A stretch of DNA of 64,000 bases from assembly GCA_963840455.1 (NCBI GenBank), contig CAWIYV010000011.1, forward strand, positions 160,001 through 224,000, given 5' to 3'. The notes beneath the pieces are model-generated. The model saw nothing but the letters and a program-made list of their open reading frames with translations. It had not been told where the DNA came from and did no database searches. Positions 9,035-18,713 of the stretch are shown piece after piece. This stretch comes from Nitrospirota bacterium. Lineage in GTDB: Bacteria; Nitrospirota; UBA9217. Both the position numbers and the translations under genes were made by a program. The stretch's first letter is position 1. Each line of letters starts with the position of its first letter.

Positions 9035-12000
9035 ATTAATCATATCGCGTATGCTTTTTGCGGCATCTGCATATTGCCCGGATACCAGCGCTGCGGTCGA
9101 ATTCGACATCAAGCGCGCATATTCGAGCGATTCGAGCGTGTCCGGTCTGATGTCCATCACAGGACGCATACTACTTACGATCTCCACGACGCTTCGGCTC
9201 ATCCTGATGGCCAGCAAGAGACGATCGGCATATGCACTCTTAGCAGTATCCGATGTCAATCGCTCGAGGTCTCGGGCAATTATTTGCTGATTCTGCAGAA
9301 GGTCGTTATATCTCGTGAGTGCTCTTGTGATCTCCACATGCTTTCGCACAAGCCGAAGTTTAAGGTCGTCAAGTTTTTCTTTGTTCGTCGGACGGTCATC
9401 AAGCTTTTCTTTGTTCTTCGGATCGATCTTTAAATCATGATCGAGTTTTTCATTCGCTTGGAGAAATACATCATTCCAGTATATCTTTTTGTGGTTTCGC
9501 GCTTCGGCGGCGCCCAGATACGCCTGCATGATAACGCCGGACATATACAAACTGCATGCTAATGGTCGTCTCCTACCATCGAAACACTCTTTCCGCACAT
9601 CTTCACTTTCACCAAGGCCGGCAATCATATTGGCAGGTACTGCACCTCTGCTGACCTTCTTTAACAAATCAATCATCACGTAGGAAAAGAATTGCTGGTC
9701 CCGGTTCATGTTCAAATTACATACGATCCCAGCGGGCATATTTTCCAAATCATTACGGATGGCTTGATATAGGTCTGATCTAGAAATGATTTCGTGTTCC
9801 TTCGAGTCTGTTCTTAATTTACAAAGCTCCCATGAATTCATATTGCTGCTGCCATCCCGGCAAAAATGCTCCGTCCACTGAGCCACATACCACCGTATCA
9901 ATTCTTGCTCAGCACGTTCGAAAATAAAATCAGTAACACCCGCTAGTAGTTCGGTGTCCCATGAACCCCTAGTTGCCACGGTGATGTTCGGTACCACGAT
10001 CTTTTCTCCCTCGTTGGTACGGGTCCTCATTTTTTCGTCATCTAGCCTGTAGAGTGTAAGTTGCGCGCTCTGTGGTTTTGTTGTAGCGGTTGTGGTTGGA
10101 TAACTTCTTAAATCGGCACTGAGATCATCAACCTGGCTCTTTAGATCTTTGAGTAATTCCTTTGCTCGTACTATCTTGACCTTGTTCTTTCTAATTTTAA
10201 TATTTTCAAAAGTGATATCTTCATTTTTCAGTAAGGTCGCAAGCGGACTCTTTTCGCACTTACTTTGAGCGGCATCGATCTTGATCGTGTCATTACCCGA
10301 GTCGTGTTCACATATTTCTATAAGTTTCTCGAAATCTTCTGTCTCCTCCTTAAGCTTCTCTAGATAAGATAATGCCTTATCTCTCCATTCAGCATAATTA
10401 GTTAACCGGTCCTTCATTTCAGGGAACCAGGGGGATATCTGCGGCCATTCCCCTTTTCTACATTCTGATAGTTCCTGGAATCGGATTTTTTCGAGAGCTT
10501 GGTCCTCGTCCAGCGTTTCCAATATCCATCTAAAGAACGTATTCCCTTGTCTTCTTCGTCCATAGCTACTTTCAAATTTCTCATCACAACATGATTGAAA
10601 TCCCACAAGCTCGTCTTTTGAAAGATTATTATGAAAACCGAAATCGGCAAACTCTTTAATGTTAGTCGCGAAGTAGCCTGAAGGAGTCCAGAAAATACCA
10701 GCTACTTCACCGTTCTTAGGGAAGAATGACAATATTTCTACCAGATTTTTCTTTTCGGTAATCCGATACCATCTGATCGTCCCGTCGCCTAAAGCTGCAA
10801 CGGCAACCTTGTCATTCTGAACTAATTTTAGTGAGTATACAGGCGCTGGCAGAGACAGACGACTTTTCAGTTCTTCTTTGCCGTCTTTGTTATATACACG
10901 AAAGTTCCATCTGGTCCCGATAAGATAGAAATCATCTTTTACTAACACACCTAAGCATCCAAACTCCTGCACTTCTCCTGTGTTTAAGGCCTGTTCTAGT
11001 GTTATAGTAGTTGAATTGCCTATCGTAGTTGTATTGCAACTAATTATCTTTGCACGGTTTTTTGCGATGTAGTCTGATGCGTTATATGTGTATGTTTGTT
11101 TAGTATCAACAGTATCATCAATCGTCGCGTGGTATCTAGTTGAGGTATTAGCTGAATACCATATAGCCATCCCATCATCAGAAACTATTAAATCTTTCTG
11201 CGGGTCGCGCTTCATTTCAGCGGCAAGTTTATCGAAATTTATCGCCTTCGAATCTATCTTATTATTCTTTGTCTTGTTCTTATAGTAGCCTAAATCAACT
11301 CTATTAAATACGAATATAATATTGTCTTCGACTTCATCTTTGCTATTGTCTTCGACTTCACCTTTGCTCATGATAAAATTATCGATATATTGTATCTCCT
11401 TATTATCAATCGTGATGCTATCTCCTATATCTTTGACTATAATTATCTCTTTGCCCTGATAGGTCACCCCATGCTTATAGATTTTTTTTTCATCGCCGCC
11501 CAAAACATACAGGGCCTTTCCGCTCGTCGACCACACCACTTTTTCCGGCTGCGGAATCTGTTGGTAGGGCGTTGTTGGTTCTCTAAATACTTTCGCCTCG
11601 ATGTTTTTCAGTGCATCTTCATCGAACGCACTGATATAATATTTCCCTTTTGACTTAACCTGATCAAGCCAACCGATAGCGATACGACCGCGCTTTTCAT
11701 GAAAACTGTAGCTAGCCGCTTTTATATCAATTCCTGGAATCTTAATGGGAACGGGTTCTATGTATGATTTTTTCACTTCATCAAGTTTCATCCAATCGAG
11801 ATCATACAGCCGCATGGTACCCTTATTAGAAAGCGTTAGTATTCCTTTTTTCGTTAGATTTATGGTTTTTATGCGTTCGTCTTCAGCATATTGTTTATCT
11901 TTCTCATCTTTTTTATCTGACGCCACCAAAGCAGCATCGGATAATCGATAGATTTGAAGCTCTGTTTTTGGACTCAATCCCACAATCAAGTACCTCTCGT

Positions 12001-12597
12001 TGAACGCTAAGTGTATCATCGAATTTGGTAGCCCGGAGATTGCCTTTAAGAATTCGAACTTGTCCTTGTCTCGCTGCTTCCTATAGATATAAATACTGAA
12101 TTTTTCATTCTCTACCGTCCATCCGCCGCAGGCGATCAACTTACCGTTGGGTGAGATTGCGACCGCATAAATATGTCCAACGCCGCCGTTGCCCAAAGGC
12201 GGACGTATCGTGTCCACCAGTTCCAGTGCATTTTCCCCATTATCTACTTTCCAGACCCTTACTGTCTTATCAATCGATCCAGTCACAATAAAATGAGGGC
12301 TCTTGTCCGTTGATACTGCCATGCTCATGATTCTGGCAGTATGTGTCCCTGTCTCGATGCTAAGCTTCGGCCCTATTATCATATCTGCAGAGAATCCCAT
12401 CGTTGCGAAGGTAATCATCAGAATACTGCTCAGTAAGAACAGGAGGTTTCGGAGAGATCGCTGAATATTGATAGCCATTTTTATATCCTCTCATGTTTAT
12501 GCAAAGAGCTTATTACACCCACGTATGCCTGGGCACAATGAAGCGGCTCTCCGGCCCATTCCCTCAAACAATGATCACGCGGCAGTTGATCAGCGAA

Positions 12598-13437
12598 TTA
12601 CTTATCCTTTCCACCACCTGCTGCGGCACTTGCCTGCGTCCCGGGTACACTCCGCTTCAGCACGGTCTGCCAGAAAAAGCCGTTCTGAAACGCCAGAAGA
12701 CACAAGACGACGAATGTTTGCGTTGAAGCCGAAAATTGGCCTGCGCTCAGGAAACCGAGAAACACGATGGGCGATACTAGGATGGCAACGAAGGCATTTC
12801 TTATATGCTGTTTCACCAGGACCTTATCTGATGAATCGAGCCAATCAACGCCGGCTTTTGCCAGCATCCCGAACAGCATCGCGATGAAGAGCGGCCAGTA
12901 GAGCTCGCCGAGATCGCTCAGCGATGCGGAACTGGGCTCCCTGGCTAAGGATGCGGATTTTTCCTCCCTCTGCGGCGCGGGCACCGGGGGTGGCGGACCG
13001 AGTGCCCACGCGGGCTTGTCCTTACCTCCCGCAGGCGAATCTGCTGCTAAGGCGACAGCAATCAGCGAATAGCCGAGAACATCGGTCTCGCGAAGGCTGC
13101 TGTTCAAGCCTGTAGTGCTGTCCTTTAGAACCCAGCCGTATTGCCATGCGTTCGCGCCGCTCATAAAGGCGATCTGGACCCATGCTTTTGTGGAAAATCC
13201 GAACGCCGCGCTCTGTTCTCCGCAAATGTACACTTGGGTGTTCTTGCTGAGCCGGGCGATCCGTTCCCCTTGCCATCCGCTGCCGGTTACGAATCTCGGC
13301 ACCTGTTTATACACGTCGGTATCCTGCTGTATCATGCCTTTTTGATTGCACTTCTGCTGTGCTGTCGCCGCTGATGGAAGAAAAAACATGATGGTGCTTA
13401 CGGCGAATAGGCAACTGTTTCGAATAGTATTTCTCAT
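12598..13437 (-). CDS. Exported SH3-like domain plus C-terminal 3-TM membrane protein
   Basis: Signal peptide from MRNTIRNS (RBS AGGAGG). SH3-like W-V-Q-I...YGWV, Pro-rich linker, hydrophobic helices ending AFQNGFFWQ. Confidence 0.65.
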   Translation of the reverse strand: MRNTIRNSCLFAVSTIMFFLPSAATAQQKCNQKGMIQQDTDVYKQVPRFVTGSGWQGERIARLSKNTQVYICGEQSAAFGFSTKAWVQIAFMSGANAWQYGWVLKDSTTGLNSSLRETDVLGYSLIAVALAADSPAGGKDKPAWALGPPPPVPAPQREEKSASLAREPSSASLSDLGELYWPLFIAMLFGMLAKAGVDWLDSSDKVLVKQHIRNAFVAILVSPIVFLGFLSAGQFSASTQTFVVLCLLAFQNGFFWQTVLKRSVPGTQASAAAGGGKDK

Positions 13438-13489
13438 CCCTGACCTCCTTGACTGAGAACGTCTATGGTTTGTTTTCCTGATGAAACGG

Positions 13490-14326
13490 TCAGATCGTAA
13501 AAGGCTTCTGACCCTCGAACTCGGCATTCACCGGCCCAACCCGGTAGTAATTCGGCGTCTGGTCAGGCGGCATTCGCTGCACGATGGTTTTACAGAACTT
13601 CCGGTAAGCACCCGAGAATTTCCCCTGGTTCCAGACCCGGAGCATCGTTCCGGTGAAAAGGCCGTTGAAATCACCGTCGCTCGAGAGCTGGTTGTCCTGG
13701 CATCCGGAGAGGAGAAGCACTGATGCATGGACTGCCTGCTGCGACTTCGCTAGATCGGCCTTTCTGAGGATCGGGTCATAGAATTTCCTGTTCAAGCGAT
13801 AGGTGCGCAGCGCTACGTCCGGCGGCATGGCGCGGTAACGGACCTGCGCGGTCACTGCGCCCGCGCTCCGGGCCGCGGCAGTCCTGTAATAGTAGACGGC
13901 CTTGACGACCGTGCCGCTGTGGCAGCTGTCGGAAAATACCAGGACGCGCACGCCTTTGGCGAATTTTCCCAGCAGGCTGTAAAGCTCGTCGTCCACGAGC
14001 TCTCCATTGTAGAGGCACCACGTTTCATCCTGTCCGTCGGGCTCGTCGCCGTTCAGGTCCGGGAGCTGCCCCCCGTGTCCGGAATAGGTCAGCAGAAAGA
14101 TGTCCCCGGCTTTGAGCGCCTTTGCCGCCGTCGTGATCTCCGCCGACACCTTAGCGCGCGTGGCGGCTTTCGTGAGCAGGGTCCTGACTGTGAACTTCTG
14201 CGACTGCGCAATGTCCGCCATGTCCGCGGCATCCGCTTCGCAGGCGGTCAACACACCGCTCCATCCTCCGTAGTGTTTCGGATCGACCGCGTTCAAGCCT
14301 ATCGTGAGAGCACGTCCCTTTGGCAT
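13490..14326 (-). CDS. Metacaspase / caspase-family peptidase (C14)
   Basis: ALTIGLN, YSGHGG (His) and SDSCHSG (Cys) catalytic dyad, SGCQDNQLSSD. RBS GGAGG before MPKGRAL. Confidence 0.93.
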   Translation of the reverse strand: MPKGRALTIGLNAVDPKHYGGWSGVLTACEADAADMADIAQSQKFTVRTLLTKAATRAKVSAEITTAAKALKAGDIFLLTYSGHGGQLPDLNGDEPDGQDETWCLYNGELVDDELYSLLGKFAKGVRVLVFSDSCHSGTVVKAVYYYRTAAARSAGAVTAQVRYRAMPPDVALRTYRLNRKFYDPILRKADLAKSQQAVHASVLLLSGCQDNQLSSDGDFNGLFTGTMLRVWNQGKFSGAYRKFCKTIVQRMPPDQTPNYYRVGPVNAEFEGQKPFTI

Positions 14327-14419
14327 ATCCATTCCTCCTTCGTCATGATGGCGCCGCACCAGGCACGCTGCTGCGGGAGCTTCGCTGCAATGCGGCGCAA
14401 CGGCGGCCTTTCGATCTGT

Positions 14420-16378
14420 CTAGAGCTTCAACCGCTGTTCACGGAGCGACGATGCCGACCGGTTGAACTTCATGCCTGCACCGGCCTGCCCGTGGCCGAG
14501 TATCCTGGCCAGCGTTGCCTTGACCGTTGGTTCATCATCATCGAAATCTCCGTGGTGCCGCGCGGTCGACAGGCGGTTCGGATCTTTTTCAGTGTTCGGT
14601 GCCAGGACCCAGTCCGCGGTCCCGTCGCTGAACATCGATTTAAGGTCTTTGTCTGCGGCGATGAACTTTTCCATGCCGAGCAGCGGTTCCCCGGCCTGGA
14701 AAAGGGGAATGCGCTCCCGCTCCTCGAAAGCGTTCGACACGAGATAGAGGAGGGATTTGTTGTAAATATTGGCGCAATTGTCATCCTGCTCGGCCTTGTC
14801 CGTCAGCGTGAACAGGCTGAAGTGCTGGATTTTCTGGTTCATAATGGCGGGTAGATACGCTTCCTTGAACAAACCAGTCGTACACGCGGGAGCCCAGAGC
14901 GTGCAGGTGGACACCGGGAGGTTGTAGTCCTTGTTGGTGAGGAGCCTGAGAAGAAAGCCGAGAAAAATGCTCCCTGCGCTGTGACCGACCATGTGTATCT
15001 CGACATCCCGGTCGTTCTCGACGAGCTTCTTCAGATACCCGGCGACAATTTCAGCGCCGCCCTTCTGCTTCGATGCGCCTTCCGCGTTCTCCTTCATCTC
15101 TTTCCACAGGATCTTCCCGCCCAGCGCACGGGACAGGGGTTCGAGGACATCATCGAGACGGTCGAGCATGAAATCCTTAGCAAGATCGAGGACGCCTTCA
15201 GGCCTGCGTTGCCTGACGGCATCCTTCAGCAGGTTCGTGACCGTCGACCAGAAATCGGTGTGCCAGATGAAAAACAGGGGATAGACTTCCGACGCGAGCA
15301 TGGTCGGCCGGTAATCGATAAGGCGCTGTACCGCGGAGGCCTCATCAACGAGGCCGCCATGGGCATAGAGCAAAAGTCTTTTTCTTTTCCAATTCCGGGT
15401 CGTCTCCCGGAAATAATCGTCGACGATATGCCGGACATCATCCTCGCCGGTACCGTAGGTTCCGCTGGGGCTCAGGAACCCGTCGTTGCCGATGCTGATG
15501 ATGTGACGGCGCAACTCATAGTTGTCGAGCGCATCGGCGCGGGAGACCGTCCCGGAATACCGCGAAGCGACCGCGTCCGGACCGGTCAAGGACACCGGGA
15601 CGCCGAGCCGTGCGACCCACACGTCGGTCGCATTCGCAAGCCAGTCGTCATAACTGATATGACCGAACCCGCCCTTTCCCCAGCCGTCTGTCCAGGAATT
15701 TTGCAGCCAGAAGCCATCGGCATCATAGGCAACGATCGCAAAGGCATGGCCACCCAGCATGTTCTCGCTGAACCGGATGATGCCATTGGATTTGACCTCG
15801 TCCCATCCCTCATGGACCGAGGCGGTAGCGTAAAGGACGCCCACTTCGGCAATCGCGCTATGCATTGCCACCAGGTCCTTGTGGTTCACGCGGTAGTATG
15901 CGCCCAGAGGGCGTTTCGTCGCCTCTTTCGCCGCCTGCGGCTTCAATTGCGTTTCTTTCTTCGAATACAGCTTCTCGGCACAGACGCCGTGCTTATGCCA
16001 CCCCTTCATCGCGCCCCGCGCACTCGATCCCTCGTAACGTTCTCCCGGCCATTCGTCGTATCGCTTGGCCAACTGGTAGAGCATCCACGGACTGACCCGC
16101 GTCGTATCGCGTACTTTTTTTCTCGTACGCAGAAGATAATTCACCACCGTTGCAAGCCCGAAGCCCGTACAGGCGCCCTCTTTCCCCTGGTCCAGGACCG
16201 GTATTCGTTTTTGCTGGTAGCTCCTCAGGTCGATATTCGTGGGGACCTCGACCAGAGTCGGCTCGAACATCTTGTCGCGGAAATCAAGCGTATCCGGCCT
16301 CACATTGACCTTTCGGCCGCTTCTGGTCTTGAAGGGCAAACCGCCGTTATGCATGGTACCTCCCGTCCTCGATATCAA
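14420..16378 (-). CDS. Papain-like C1 cysteine peptidase fused to an alpha/beta hydrolase domain
   Basis: DQGKEGACTGF, GGHAF, QNSW (C1 triad). YAHGGL and VGHSAG nucleophile elbow; late HGDFD His. Confidence 0.88.
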   Translation of the reverse strand: MISRTGGTMHNGGLPFKTRSGRKVNVRPDTLDFRDKMFEPTLVEVPTNIDLRSYQQKRIPVLDQGKEGACTGFGLATVVNYLLRTRKKVRDTTRVSPWMLYQLAKRYDEWPGERYEGSSARGAMKGWHKHGVCAEKLYSKKETQLKPQAAKEATKRPLGAYYRVNHKDLVAMHSAIAEVGVLYATASVHEGWDEVKSNGIIRFSENMLGGHAFAIVAYDADGFWLQNSWTDGWGKGGFGHISYDDWLANATDVWVARLGVPVSLTGPDAVASRYSGTVSRADALDNYELRRHIISIGNDGFLSPSGTYGTGEDDVRHIVDDYFRETTRNWKRKRLLLYAHGGLVDEASAVQRLIDYRPTMLASEVYPLFFIWHTDFWSTVTNLLKDAVRQRRPEGVLDLAKDFMLDRLDDVLEPLSRALGGKILWKEMKENAEGASKQKGGAEIVAGYLKKLVENDRDVEIHMVGHSAGSIFLGFLLRLLTNKDYNLPVSTCTLWAPACTTGLFKEAYLPAIMNQKIQHFSLFTLTDKAEQDDNCANIYNKSLLYLVSNAFEERERIPLFQAGEPLLGMEKFIAADKDLKSMFSDGTADWVLAPNTEKDPNRLSTARHHGDFDDDEPTVKATLARILGHGQAGAGMKFNRSASSLREQRLKL

Positions 16379-16452
16379 TCATCATCCCTGGCAGGAAACG
16401 AGGCAGCTCAGCGCAGTATATTGATATTAATACATAAAAGGTAATCGTTGTC

Positions 16453-16489
16453 TCGGCATCCGTTGCTGAAACATTCGGCATTTATTGCT
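16453..16489 (-). promoter_or_regulatory. Tandem direct repeat, candidate AraC-type operator
   Basis: - strand AGCAATAAATGCCGA and AGCAACGGATGCCGA, 22 bp apart, upstream of the peptidase operon and next to an AraC regulator. Confidence 0.45.
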
Positions 16490-16640
16490 ATTTCACCTTT
16501 TTTTCACAAATAAAACCGTGACGTAACTCTTAAAGGCGGAGCTCATGGTTCTCCTCTGTTCAACAATGACACAGTGAGACGTACTGCAATAGAGAAAGAG
16601 AGGTGTGGGGAGTGAGGCCGGAGGGGAGCTGCGGCGGATC

Positions 16641-17480
16641 CTACCGGTGGTCCCAGAGGGCAGAAGGAAGAGACAATGTTTGTCGTCGATACTGGGAAGG
16701 AGTAGTGCCGGCAAGTTTCTTGAATATTCTTTCGAAGTGTGTAAGGTCGGAATAACCGACGGCATACCCCGTGTCTGTGATGGACAGGGCGCCATCATTC
16801 AGTATTTTTTTTGCCTGCTCTATCCTGATGCGATTGACATAACTTTGATAGGTCAGACCGGTCATCTCTTTAAAGAGGCGGGAGAAGTGATATTTGGATA
16901 TACCGGCCGTGCCTGCCACGCGATCGAGACTGATATCGGTCGCAAAGTTGTTGTGGATATATTTAAGGGCCTGGTGCAGGTGATGGCTTTTCCTGCCTGT
17001 CTTCGTACCGGGAATGCCGTCATCGGCAAATGCATCGGCTTCGCTGGTCAATGCCTTTCTGCGTTCGGCCTGTTCGATGATATTCAGCGACAGGCAGAAC
17101 TTGATCCGCCTCACCAATTCATCATACTTGAACGGTTTTTTGACATAATCCCGCGCCCCGCATCTGAAGGCCTTCACGGCCACATCTTCGTTCCCGAATG
17201 CGGTCATGATGATCGTGGGAACACAAGGCTTCTTCAATTTTATTTCCTTCAGGACTTCGATACCCGATATGTCCGGCAGCTTGATGTCGATGAGCGCGAG
17301 ATCAATATCAGGATCATCCCTCAGATAGTTGATGGCATCCATGCCCGAGGACGCTATGATGACCGTGAAGTGATCTGAAAGCAGATCCTGGTGGACTTTG
17401 ATGATTTTGGGATCATCTTCGACAACAAGAATCCTTTTCTTATTTTCAATTACCCGCGCGCGAGCACTCATCTGGTGCAC
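16641..17480 (-). CDS. Response regulator with AraC-family HTH
   Basis: REC (VVEDD, LIDIKLP, KP) plus AraC signature (SKYHFSRLFK, VGYSDLTHFERIFKKLAGTTPSQYR). Confidence 0.92.
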   Translation of the reverse strand: MHQMSARARVIENKKRILVVEDDPKIIKVHQDLLSDHFTVIIASSGMDAINYLRDDPDIDLALIDIKLPDISGIEVLKEIKLKKPCVPTIIMTAFGNEDVAVKAFRCGARDYVKKPFKYDELVRRIKFCLSLNIIEQAERRKALTSEADAFADDGIPGTKTGRKSHHLHQALKYIHNNFATDISLDRVAGTAGISKYHFSRLFKEMTGLTYQSYVNRIRIEQAKKILNDGALSITDTGYAVGYSDLTHFERIFKKLAGTTPSQYRRQTLSLPSALWDHR

Positions 17481-18056
17481 TCCTCAAACATGAAGAAACA
17501 TGAAGAACTACTCAGCAGGATCTCGTTATTAATTTAATTAAGTGCTCTGAGACACCTTCTGCAGATTGACAGACAAACAAACTACAGGCGGGCACTAAAG
17601 GCAAGAAAAAGAACAGGTGATCTACCTGAATCAGTATTTTGATTTAATCAAATATTTTCTTATATGTCAATATATTATAGTTGATGATGCTTTATGGGTT
17701 GTTACTGAATTACCCACAGGATGCGTCTTTTGAGAGAGAGCGGCATTATTGCCTGTAGAGGTCTCGATGGTCAATCCTGAGCAACCAGCCGAGACAAGGG
17801 GGCAGCAATCTTTGGCAGGGGGCCAGCGATACGCTATGGTCAGTATCGCCATGCAAAGCCTGTGATGAAAACCTAAGAGGATGTTCTCATCTTCGATCAT
17901 CCTTTTGTTCATCGAACGGTCATAACGATGATGTCGCAGCCAAGGGGTGTTCACACCGGTGCCCAGGGGGGTCTGCATACGGAACAGCAATGGACAATTC
18001 CTTGCATTTTAGCAGCCGTTATGAGATAAGAGAATGTTCGGAAATCAGGAGGCACC

Positions 18057-18416
18057 ATGGAACGCATCCAGTTCATCCAGCACAAGGGGAAGAAGATCCT
18101 GCATCTCAATTTCGCGAACTGCTCGATCGATGAGGTCCTCCAGACCGTCGAGATGGCCAAGGCTGCCATCCGGACCCAGTCCCCCGGTTCCGTTCTCACG
18201 CTCACCGATGTGACGAACACCGCCTTCAATAGCAAGGTGTCCGAGGCCATGAAGGAGTTCGTGATCCACAACAAGCCCTATGTCGTTGCCGCCGCCGTCG
18301 TGGGCGTGACCGGCCTCAAGCAGGTCATCCTTAACGCCGTCATGAAGCTGAGCGGCAGGAAGCTCACCGCCTTCAATACCCTTGCCGAGGCAAAGGACTG
18401 GCTCGCAGTGCAGTAG
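18057..18416 (+). CDS. Small STAS/SEC14 (SpoIIAA-like) protein
   Basis: RBS GGAGG; HKGKKILHLNF...AVVGVTGLKQ...AFNTLAEAKDWL pattern. Confidence 0.7.
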   Translation: MERIQFIQHKGKKILHLNFANCSIDEVLQTVEMAKAAIRTQSPGSVLTLTDVTNTAFNSKVSEAMKEFVIHNKPYVVAAAVVGVTGLKQVILNAVMKLSGRKLTAFNTLAEAKDWLAVQ

Positions 18417-18472
18417 CCCCGCTATGCCCCCCGACTACGCCGATCTCGCCAACATCAAGGGAAAGGCTTTTT

Positions 18473-18678
18473 ACCACAGAGATCATGAAAAGCACGAAGT
18501 ACTGCGAAAGAGCGGATTCCTGTATTGAAGCTCCCTGCAGCAAGCTGCAGGGAATCTTCGATCCTCAAGGTAGTACGATTTATTCTAATCGCTCGCTAAC
18601 CCCGCAGCAAGCTACGGGGAATGCGCTCGCTCCTGGATTCAGGCTTTCCTTCGTGACCTTCGTGGGCTTTGTGGTGAA
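18473..18678. repeat. 9-nt-periodic inverted-repeat element (ACCAC...GTGGT) enclosing a double-hairpin repeat copy
   Basis: accacagagatcatgaaaagcacgaag ... cttcgtgaccttcgtgggctttgtggt flank the 18524-18641 element. Confidence 0.5.
18524..18641 (+). repeat. ~118-bp double-hairpin dispersed repeat (MITE/REP-like), copy 1
   Basis: ATTGAAGCTCCCTGCAGCAAGCTGCAGGGAATCTTCGATCCTCAAGG...CCCCGCAGCAAGCTACGGGGAATGCGCTCGCTCCTGGATTCA. Confidence 0.9.
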
Positions 18679-18713
18679 GGTTCTCCTCGTCACCCCGCCC
18701 CGGCTGTTCCGCA

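Larger units (their letters stand above)
6746..12478 (-). pseudogene. Secreted WD40-repeat / C-terminal beta-barrel-like protein (1448 aa reconstructed), interrupted by ISL3
   Basis: Removing 7657-9034 plus one ATTAATCA copy joins ORF 9002..12478 in frame to ORF 6746..7621 (…RDMIN-YSSTKFCED-MRMRIP…). Signal peptide, WD40 motifs (GSIDKTVRVW, GDGTIRWY), C-terminal Phe. Confidence 0.85.

Noticed and set aside
16453-16489. Sigma-54 promoters (GGCAT...TTGC) on the + strand
   Set aside because: GG-to-GC spacing is 8 nt, not the required 10; reinterpreted as direct repeats.
17500-18040. ORF 17667..17990 or an island attachment site
   Set aside because: No RBS or motif support; no tRNA, integrase or att repeat was recognised at the island edge.
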